Shown here one piece after another: positions 1-9,700 of a stretch of DNA of 64,000 nt. The stretch's first letter is position 1. Each line of letters opens with the position of its first letter. Where the stretch lies: NCBI GenBank assembly GCA_950097015.1, contig CATNEN010000002.1, positions 6,696,001 to 6,760,000 of the forward strand. The letters are read 5' to 3'. The notes beneath the pieces are model-generated. The model made no database searches and was not told where the DNA came from. It saw only the letters and a program-made list of their open reading frames with translations. Source of the DNA: Macrostomum hystrix (Eukaryota > Animalia > Platyhelminthes). A program made the position numbers and the translations under genes.

Positions 1-312
1 ATGCTGATGCTGATGCTGATGCTGATGCTGATGCTGATGCTGATGCTGATGCTGATGCTGATGCTGATGCTGATGCTGATGCTGCTGCTGATGCTGATGC
101 TGATGCTGATGCTGATGCTGATGCTGATGCTGATGCTGATGCTGATGCTGATGCTGATGCTGATGCTGATGCTGATGCTGATGCTGATGCTGATGCTGAT
201 GCTGATGCTGATGCTGCTGCTGATGCTGATGCTGATGCTGATGCTGATGCTGATGCTGATGCTGATGCTGATGCTGATGCTGATGCTGATGCTGATGCTG
301 ATGCTGATGCTG
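1..312. repeat. (ATGCTG)n hexamer microsatellite
   Basis: Near-perfect ATGCTG tandem from the window start, with occasional CTG-only units. It explains the 1..336 ML-repeat ORF. Confidence 0.98.
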
Positions 313-331
313 AGGGTAGAAGCAACTAGGA

Positions 332-700
332 GGTGAATGGCGAAGCGCTCTAACGCGGTTGCCTCTCGCACCGAGGTTCCTGAGCTCGATTCCGCGGCGA
401 GGCCACAATTATTTGTGGTGTAGCCGCGAAGACAATGCTTGGGGGCTTTTCGTGCAATTTACACCCTTGAGGGCCAACCTCCAAGGCAAAGTGAGAGTGT
501 ACACTGACTAACGATGAGAAAGTCAGGGCAGATGTACACACCTGTGTGAGTGTATGCCTGCGTACGGTATCTGTGTGCGTGTGTGCTCATGAGTCAGCGA
601 AACGGGCAGAATTGCCTCCTCGCTGGCTACAGGTCTAGTGTCACCAAATAATGTGCCATTGCCCGCAGCCGTCCTGCAATTATTATTATTATTATTATCA
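332..700 (+). mobile_element. SINE family A, copy 1 (tRNA-like head, structured body, (TTA)n tail)
   Basis: Head has A-box-like TGGCGAAGCG and B-box-like GAGCTCGATTCC. Body is shared with copies at 1761, 5980, 31240, 33530 and 47050. Ends in AATTATTATTATT. Confidence 0.8.
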
Positions 701-1760
701 TTCAGCTTGTGCTGCTGCTGAGACCTTCTGCTGCGGCGGCTGCTGCCGTTGCTGCTGCTGCTGAGGCTGCTGCTGCTATTGGATGGAATCGCCTGTCGCC
801 AAAAAGTCCATAACTCGGACTATTACGGCGTAAGGCCTGTGAATTTGGAATTCTTCATCAATCAACTGGCCCCGAAACGCAATTTCAGATGATAGCAAAT
901 TTCCAGCCGGCTGGCAGATTGTCCGGCGCCTGCTCTTTTGGGACAAGCGAGATTAATGAATTGGAAAACTGGCCGGGCGTGCGAAAGTGCGAAAACTTTG
1001 ATCCTCCCGAGAGGGAAGGCTGATTGAACTTTTTCCCCTCATCCGCGGAAGGGAAACTTGTTGACCGTGCGAGTTATGAAGGCCATTGGTGCCACGACAG
1101 TCGACCGAGGCGGTGTCTATCTAATCTCGCTAATGAGACGGGCCGAGAGGGCGTTAGCAATTAAAACGAAGCCAGTAGTCTGAGTTGCCAGGTGGGGGAG
1201 GCTCATGGTCTCTTGACCGAACCGAATCTAATTTTTCTTTCAATTTCTTATTTGAGCCCCTGGCTAAGCTGGCTAATTAGCGAGCCTGAGAATCGAAAGT
1301 TTGAGCACACCTCCGCCCTGTACAGTCTCCGATCTGAGCTCGGTGAAGCTTATCAGGTGCGGGGCTCGTGTCTCTTGCTTGGCATCATCGGAGATAAAAG
1401 TGAAGGCAGCTCAAATTTAATTGGTTGTCTTTCTTTGGCTAAGCTGTCACGTGACACAACGCACGGCTTGCTTAATCAGCTTTGATCTGGGTGGAATGAT
1501 AGCGCTCAGGTGTAATATGAAAGCAGCTGAGCTTGTCTCTCCGCTAGCATCGGGTTACAGGTAGATTTTCTTTCATTTTCTCTCCTCCATCGTGTCCTTT
1601 GTGTACCGATGCGTGCGGAGTCCTGCACTTTTGATGAAAAATATTACCCGACAATGACCCCGGGCTTGAGAAAGCAAATGTAATCGAGTAGAAGCAGGCG
1701 GTAATACAGAAGAATTATGGTTTATGATTTCGAATCGAGTTCAGCATCATTTTTTGAGTC

Positions 1761-2141
1761 AATAATAATATTAATAATTTGTATTTAAAATTTATTTTAG
1801 AAGGGCTGCGGGCAATGGCACATTATTTGGTGACACTAGACCTGTAGCCAGCGAGGAGGCAATTCTGCCCGTTTCGCTGACTCATGAGCACACACGCACA
1901 CAGATACCGTACGCAGGCATACACTCACACAGGTGTGTACATCTGCCCTGACTTTCTCATTGTCGGTCAGAGTACACTCTCAATGTGCCTTGGAGGTTGG
2001 CCGTCAATGGCGTAAATTGGACGACAAACCCCCAAGCCTTCTCTCCGCGGCTGCGCCCAAATGAATGTGGCCTCGTCGCGGAATCGAGCTTAGGGACATT
2101 AGTGTGAGAGGCAACCGCGTCAGACCGCTCTGCCACCGACC
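1761..2141 (-). mobile_element. SINE family A, copy 2 (inverted, tail-to-tail with copy 1)
   Basis: Reverse complement reads GGTCGGTGGCAGAGCGG...GCTCGATTCC, then the same body and an AT-rich tail. 1804-1960 is the exact reverse complement of 514-670. Confidence 0.85.
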
Positions 2142-2423
2142 CTGTCGCTGGAGGTTTTCCTAATTGTTCTCGTAATTTCTAAAAATAGAAAAAAAGCACA
2201 ATTTTTACTAATGAGCTACTGATATTCAGTAGCGTAATCAGTCATTGGTTGCCAGAAACATAGGCATTGCCTAATTAATAAAAATAAGTGCTGGCGGGCT
2301 GTTGGCATGTTCGCACATCATTCGGTGACAGCTTTGCCGAAGCCTGAGTAAAACAAATTCCGTTGCATCCTGAGCAAACAAGCACACAGGTTTTGAATTT
2401 TTCATCGTCAAAAAACATTCCAG

Positions 2424-3561
2424 GCGAGCTGGCCGTGTGCTCTGGCACTGCGTACAACCTGACGTGTCCTGCAGGCAGTCGGCTGAAGATCTGGTACGCC
2501 TACTTTGGCCGCGGGCAGGACGGTGCCTGTTCAGTCCGAGGCCTCGGCGTTGGCGTCTCATCGGGAAACGACAGCCGATCAAGGAGGTCAGTCAGCGCGT
2601 TGACCTCTGGATCGACGCCAACGCCGACACGGCTGCCGGCGTCGCTGCCCGAGGCCTGCCTTACGCCTGTGCTGACGTCGGCGATCAGACAGTGCGACGG
2701 TCGACGCAGCTGCTGGCTGCAGCCGGATGAACTGCTGGCTGATGTGACTGACTGCCGCTCAGTGCCAGAGCCCTACATGCTCATGGACTTCGCCTGCCTG
2801 GGTGAGTGCTGGAAATCTTTGGCTAAGATTTTATCTTTGGCTAACTTTGTCCCTAAGCTCGATTCCGCGACGAGGCCACATTCATTTGGGCGCAGCCACG
2901 GAGAGAAGGCTTCTGGAGAAGATCTGGGATCTACGATCTGGGATCTACGATCTGGGATCTACGATCTGGGATCTACGATCTGGGATCTACGATCTGGGAT
3001 CTACGATCTGGGATCTACGATCTGGGATCTACGATCTGGGATCTACGATCTGGGATCTACGATCTGGGATCTACGATCTGGGATCTACGATCTGGGATCT
3101 ACGATCTGGGATCTACGATCTGGGATCTACGATCTGGGATCTACGATCTGGGATCTACGATCTGGGATCTACGATCTGGGATCTACGATCTGGGATCTAC
3201 GATCTGGGATCTACGATCTGGGATCTACGATCTGGGATCTACGATCTGGGATCTACGATCTGGGATCTACGATCTGGGATCTATGATCTGGGATCTACGA
3301 TCTGGGATCTACGATCTGGGATCTACGATCGGGGATCTACGATCTGGGATCGCATTCAACCCCGCAGGCTCTTCAACCGGCGGCAGCTCAGCAGAGCAGG
3401 AGTTGTTCTTCCGCTGGGGCCTACTGCTCATTGGAGCACTGTTCCCCACCAGCCTGCTCGCTCTGCTGGTGACGGTGCAGCTCAGGAAGAAGCGTCAGGA
3501 CGCCTTCAAGATGAACAGCATGCACCTGCCGCTGACTCGACACGAGAACCCGGAGGTGTGA
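2424..3561 (+). CDS. SUEL/rhamnose-binding-type lectin domain single-pass membrane protein (EVA-1/latrophilin-lectin-like), 5'-partial
   Basis: Exons 2424-2801 and 3368-3561 (TCCAG acceptor, GTGAGT donor, CGCAG acceptor, phase 1, in frame). VC..YNLTCPAG..KIWYAYFGR...C...C...CDGRRSC...DC...Y..F.C fits SUEL cysteine spacing. It is followed by a hydrophobic segment (WGLLLIGALFPTSLLALLVTVQL), RKKR and a short tail. AATAAA at 3656. The upstream exon(s) were not identified. Confidence 0.8.
2849..2913 (+). mobile_element. SINE family A head fragment in the lectin intron
   Basis: GTCCCTAAGCTCGATTCCGCGACGAGGCCACATTCATTTGGGCGCAGCC is almost identical to the head of copy 2. Confidence 0.8.
2918..3350. 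repeat. 14-bp minisatellite (GATCTGGGATCTAC)n, intronic
   Basis: About 30 near-perfect units filling most of the lectin intron. Confidence 0.97.
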
Positions 3562-3689
3562 GTTAAAGACTCGAACCTGTCTGTCTAGGACAAGCAGAAA
3601 TTGAGCAGACTCACGTTTGAGCCATGGCACATTGCTGAGTTCGTATTCTTTTGCAAATAAAATCTCGGATCAAATTTCATCTCGAATGG

Positions 3690-3720
<31 letters not shown>

Positions 3721-4005
3721 CTCATGCACAAAATATTTACTCCCTATGCTCTAGTCTGTCTGTAAATTTTTCTGTCATCGAGTGTGATTATTTCAGAATG
3801 CGTTGTTGTACTTATCTAGCAAATTCTATAAAACTTTTTTTGGATTGATCATTTGACGTTGTCGGAAATTTTAATTTCTAAGTCATACTGAATCCTTTAA
3901 AATATAACAGTCATGCAAATCCTATATTTTACTTCTGCAGTCAATATAGACAACTAACAATGTCGCCTTTGATTTTTCGGTGCAATCGAAAAATACTGCT
4001 AGCAC

Positions 4006-4165
4006 GTAGATAATGATTTAGAGGTTCAGACTTTCGACTTGTAGGTCCAGGGTTCGATTCTCGACTCCACTGGAACAACTTGTGTCCTTAAGCAAGATAT
4101 TTAGCTCTGCATTGCTTCAGTTCACCCAGCTGTTAAATGGATGCAAGCATTAGTAATTGAGCTAG
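4006..4165 (+). mobile_element. SINE family B (tRNA head + CORE-like domain), 3'-truncated
   Basis: B-box GGTTCGATTC, then TGTGTCCTTAAGCAAGATATTTAGCTCTGCATTGCTTCAGTTCACCCAGCTGTTAAATGG. Matches copies at 11187, 32660, 51015, 56610 and 59772. Confidence 0.75.
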
Positions 4166-4180
4166 GGCGGCTAGTAGCTA

Positions 4181-4400
4181 CTTCGATTCTAGTAGCTAGA
4201 ATCGAAGCTACTAGAATCGAAGCAAGTGGTTAGAATTGAAGCAAGGTGGTTAGAATTGAAGCAGGTAGTAAGAATCGAAGCAGGTGGTTAGAATCGAAGC
4301 AGGTAATTAGAATCGAAGCAGGTACTTAGAATCGAAGCAGGTACTTAGAATCGAAGCAGGTAATTAGAATCGAAGCAGGTGGTTAGAATCGAAGCAGGTA
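4181..4400. repeat. ~19-bp minisatellite (TAGAATCGAAGCAGGTRRT)n
   Basis: About 11 degenerate units, preceded by an inverted copy of the unit core (hairpin 4181-4207). Confidence 0.9.
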
Positions 4401-5811
4401 GATAACAGTGCATGGTATTACGCTTAAATGACAATGTGGTTTAATTTCAAATAATTCTGACAGGAAGCAGAAAAGACTGTTATAATGTTTTCTTCCAGGT
4501 TTTGAAGTGGCCGAGCTACGCAAGATAACTTTTCAACTTAGATTTTTGCCGATGCCAAAACTAGATGGGGCGAGACAGATAGCGAGCGGCATTCTAGTTA
4601 TTTGTTTATTTTTCACCTGAAGTATATTTTTGTTAAAATCGAGTTTAGCCACAACTTACGGACAACACACAAACACAGGCTACATTTTTCTGGGAGTTTC
4701 TGAATGTTAAAGAAGTTCATACGAGTTATAAGACCGAAGCAATTCACAACTGAGCATGCGATAACGATTAACACTCTTTTGCAGTTATTTGACAGACAAA
4801 AAAGGAACCAAAACAGACAAAGCTTAATTTCGAACGAACGCAGAAATTTGCTGACTAAAACTTGAATTGCGAACCGACAACTTTCTGTTTTAGAACACAA
4901 TGTTTGCATTCCCGCTCTGTGCTTACTGCTCAGACACAAAGTGTAGAGTTGGAAAGTGAGTGTCAAATCATTATTGGTGCTGATAATTCGCTTAAATTGC
5001 AAAAGCACTAGCCTTATGAGGCGCTGTCCAGGTGTTGATGGTGCGGTGCAAAACGCCATAAATGCTTTCTCTCAGACTCTTCAATATTTTGTTTGCGCGT
5101 GTGTTGTCAGGTGCACAATTCAAATTAGTGCGCAAATTTCATTTCCACACGGGTGCGATTATAAAAAATAATTGACATTTGTGCTTCAAAACACTCCAAT
5201 TGAATAGAAAATTGTTGGACATGATTTTAGACAGAATAATAAAAAAGGATGCTTTTGTTAAAAACGGATTTAGCTTCGTAATAAAATGAGAGCATAGTAC
5301 ACTCTATCATTTAGCGCATCATCAAAGGATAGAAAAATATGCTTCCAATTATAGCTAAAATAAGCAATGGTGATAATTATAATATGTAAACATTTTCAGC
5401 TTGCTAGAATCGAGGGGACACTCCTGTAGGGAGAAAAACTGAATTATTAGTATAATATTTGTGTTCGGTTGGTTTGCATTGATAAAAATTGATACACAAG
5501 ATCGACATTGCACGAAAACAGTTTAAAATAATAAAACATAAAAAAGTTACCTTCATTTATTAGAAGGTTTGATAATAATAAAAAGATTGGGTACAGATTA
5601 CGGGCCCGGCTGTTTGAAAGTGGGTTCACATCTTTACACAATATTATGAAGAATGCAAAACTAAATTTTTATTCAACGCACAGAAAAAGTTAACCAGACA
5701 AATGTTTGTTAACACGGATGCGACTTGAAGCAAAACAAGATTGAACACTCATTGAACTCGTTGGTCTGGGGAGCAAACTGGTTGCATAAACTCCCCCAGT
5801 TGTCGCTGACG

Positions 5812-6696
5812 TCACTCGCAGCAGCCGTACAGTCGCTTCTGGTCCGCGTATGTCGACGTCTTACAGAAGCCGGGGTAGCTGCAATGGCCAGCCAGTGCGT
5901 TGGACTTTAGCACTTGTTTGACAGCTTGTAGAAACTGGGAGTTGGACCATTCCCTGAATATTTTGAACTGCGTTTTAACGGTCTACCGTGCTAGCCTATC
6001 GCACCAAGGTCCCTGAGCTCGATTCCGCAGCGAGGCCATAATCGATTGAGAGAAGGCTTGTCTTGCAATTTACGCCCTTGAGGGTCAACCTCCATGGCAC
6101 AGTGAAGTGTACACTGCCTGACGATGAGAAAGTCAGGGCAGATGTACACACCTGTGTGAGTGTATGCCTGCGTACGGTATCTGTGTGCGTGTGTGCTCAG
6201 GAGTCAGCGAAACGGGAAGAATTGCCTCCTCACTGGCTGCGCGTCTAGTGTCAAAAAATGATGTAGAATAGCCCGCAGCCCTCCTGCAAATATTATTATC
6301 ATTATTATTATTACTATTATTAGTCTTAGTCTCCATTAAGGAGTAGCAATAACCACGGACCACGGAACTTCTACTGTTAATAAAGACCTGAATGATGACG
6401 TACGCACTTTATCAAACGGATCTCCTTAGAAAAAGCAACAATCAAAAGTAACAAACAGAAGCCGGTGGTGCACAGTGCAGTCATTACACATTTTCTGCGA
6501 ATGATTAAATGACTCTACTCGACTCGTTAGTGTCATTAGTATGAGTAAACTGTGCTCAAAACCGTATCGATTTGAAGCGAACAAAAATAATCTAAAAATT
6601 CTCGAGAGGCCGTGGATCAGATGTTTCTCATACCTGGCAAACAGCTCCTTGATTTCCTGCTCTGAGCACATCTGACCCAAGCTGGCTACAAAATAC

Positions 6697-6738
<42 letters not shown>

Positions 6739-9700
6739 AGATGGTGGGAGTGCTGGCTGAGGGAGTTGGTAGATGCAACACTAGACTGAATACCGCTGCC
6801 TGCAGCCTGAGACTGCGACGTCTGCTGCTGCTGCTGCTGCTGCTGACCGCCGTGCTGGCCTTGAGCGGCTGCTGCGGCGGCAGCGGCGGCGGCGGCGGCG
6901 GCCGCTGCAGCTCCAGAAGGCGACATCATTGGCATGAAAGCCTGCAAAAATCGCAGGATTTTAGCAACGCAAATTTCCTAGCGTGGACTTTCCAGTGCGG
7001 GAGGCTGGATTACCATAGACATTAGAAATAACTCACTGCCCAATGTTCGCAATACGTCCCTGGTAAACAATGCGGTTGCTAAGCAACTTATCGTTAGGAG
7101 TGTGCGCATGTGTAAGGGGACATACATTTTATATAGGGGCCAGCGAGCAGTGAAACAGTTAGTCTTATATTGCGGTGCAATCTGATTCTTTTGCTGAGGT
7201 GCGGCGTGCAGGTGCGACTGTTTGTTATCCCGCATCGACATTTTCAAATTTTAACTTATCTCGTCGGTGCGAGATTAAAGTGCAATGGTGCGACTGCAGT
7301 TGTTTGGTCCATTTCAGCGATTTTCAAAAGACACTCCTTGATTAAATGCTTTGATAAAATCCGTTTGATAAAGTGCCTACTGTTTCTAGTATAATTTCTA
7401 AAAAAATACGAGATTTGTTAAGCATTGTCTAGACAAGATGGAATCTAGACAACGTGGGATCTAGACAAGATGGGATCTAGACAAGATGGGATCTAGACAA
7501 GATGGGATCTAGACAAGGTGGGATCTAGACAAGGTGTGTTCTAGACAAGATGGGATCTAGACAAGATGGGATCTAGACAAGATGGGATCTAGACAAGATG
7601 GGATCTAGACAAAGTGGGATCTAGACAAGATGGGATCTAGACAAGATGGGATCTAGACAAGATGGGATCTAGACAAGATGGGAACGAGACAAGATGGGAT
7701 TAGGACAAGATGCTCAATCAAGCAGTCGGGCAGGAACTCACGGCTCTGATGGGCATCTGGGTGAGCGGCTGCAGAGCTGTTGACGGGAACAGTGACGGCG
7801 CGGTGAGATCGGCGTAGGTGAAGGCCGGGTGCGTGGCCCAAGCGTCGGTGGTCGGAATGAAAGCAGCCGGCATCTCTGCTAGAATTGAGAGTGAGTTATT
7901 GTGGTAAATTTTTCCTCTTTATAACCTGCTTGTTCTACTAATAGTAGAAGTCATTCAAAATAGCAAAGCAGGAAAATTATCGAGAGCGAGACACGAAGGG
8001 TTCAGATACTTACGTCCGGCCAGCTGATGCAGCAGGGTCTGGTGGGCCGTGGGCGGCTGTGGGCTGTGCTGCTTCGGCTTCGTGACCTTCGTGTTGCTCT
8101 TGGCGAACTCAAGGCGCAGCGTCTGTGGCATCTCCAGGTCGAACTTGACGCCCTGGGAGCAGTCGATATGTGGGTGATGTTTTGGTTTGGTCAGGACGTT
8201 TTGTTTTAGTCAGGACGTTTTGGTTTGGTCAGGACGTTTTGTTTTAGTTATGACGTTTTGGTTTGGTCAGGACGTTTTGGTTTAGTCAAGACGTTTTGGT
8301 TTGGTCAGGACGTTTTGGTTTGGTCAGGACGTTTTGTTTTGGTCAGGACGCTTTGGTTTGATCAGGACATTTTGGTTTGGTAAGGACATTTTGTTTTGGT
8401 CAGGACGTTTTCGTTTGGTCAGGAAATTTTAGTTTGGTCAGGGCGTTTTGTTTTGGTCAGGACATTTTGGTTTGGTCAGGACGCTTTGTTTTGGTCAGGA
8501 AATTTTGTTTTTTTTGTGTCAATGTCAGAATGTCAGGTCTTGTGTTAGAATGTCAGCTCTGGTGTTTTAATGTCAGGTCTAGCACCAGAATGCTTAAACG
8601 CAATAATAATAATAATTCGAAAGGCAAACTACATAAATAAAAAGTCTGAAATAATCGTTCTAACCCTAAGGAACTTGGTACTTTTGCCCGATTTGAAGGT
8701 GCAAATTAACTAATTGAAGTTCACTTCCTGGCCATATGGCAAAGGAGGATGACGCATGTTATAAGAGTAGCGGTCAAGAACCAAACACACGAAGAACACG
8801 ACGTCTTGCTGAAAATCTTCGGCACTAAAACGCGCTAACGGACAAATTTATTTCTTAAAAACGAGCTCAAATAGTCTAAATATGGGTGGGATTTTATCCG
8901 TAGAATATGAAATTTTTGGTGACACAGGCAGGCATCCCACCCCCCCGGGGGACAATTTGAGCAGCGGTTTGAGTTGGCCTGTGAGTCAGCTAGGCGAAAG
9001 GAAAATGAAAACAGTTCGCATGCGCGAATCGAACGAGTCGGGAATACAAATTTGAGAACTCCCATAGACTCTTCTGAGCTGGCCCTTTAAAACTCTCGCT
9101 GCTTTTATTTGAAGTATGCCACACAGTGAAAGACTGCGACTAGAAAAACTGAAACCGGGAGACCGCGGGCTCTGAGAACGTCAAGAGATCCTGCCGAGGA
9201 TTGGGGAAGAACCCCAGAGCTACTAGAAGGCGTTGCACGTGGCTCTCCAGACTCTATACTTACAAAAAATCATTCGCAAGCCTCTCAAAACGATCCTGAG
9301 CAGCAGAACTAAAAGAAAAACTGCTGCCAAGTGAGGAATAAATTTCTACGGATACTCTGCGGTTAAGATAGCTGCTCTGCCAGGGCTGAGTTCGATCGAA
9401 GACTCCACTCTAGGTTGAGAAGAGTGGCCCAGGCAATAGGCTGGACAGTTTTACTCCCCTTGTGTCGCAGGAACTGTTCCCATGGGGGAGGGTGAGCGGT
9501 GCAGGGCTGGGTGAGTGGACGTGTTGCAACCTTCGCTTCGCTAAGAGCCCCAGCAAAAGCTCAAGCCAAGCTTGGAGAGGGACTTCACCGCAGCTGCTGA
9601 TTGCCGCCCACAATGCTTCTTCTCTTACATTTTCACTTCCTCTCAATTTGAAGAGTTTCTATAAAAAATAATTCAAAAGCTTACACAGAGAGAGTGAAAA

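Noticed and set aside
614-640. HDV-like ribozyme in SINE A (GCC-TCCTCGCT-GGC equals the HDV P3/L3)
   Set aside because: A P1 can be drawn (ACCTGTG/TACAGGT), but the GG needed for P1.1, a J4/2 catalytic C and a P2 partner are missing. The motif is also altered in other copies. A covariance-model search would settle it.
6108-6150. Hammerhead ribozyme in SINE A (CTGACGA...GAAA)
   Set aside because: Only 3 nt separate CUGACGA from GAAA, so there is no stem II. There is no stem III/UH site, and CUGAC pairs with the downstream GUCAG in a simple hairpin.
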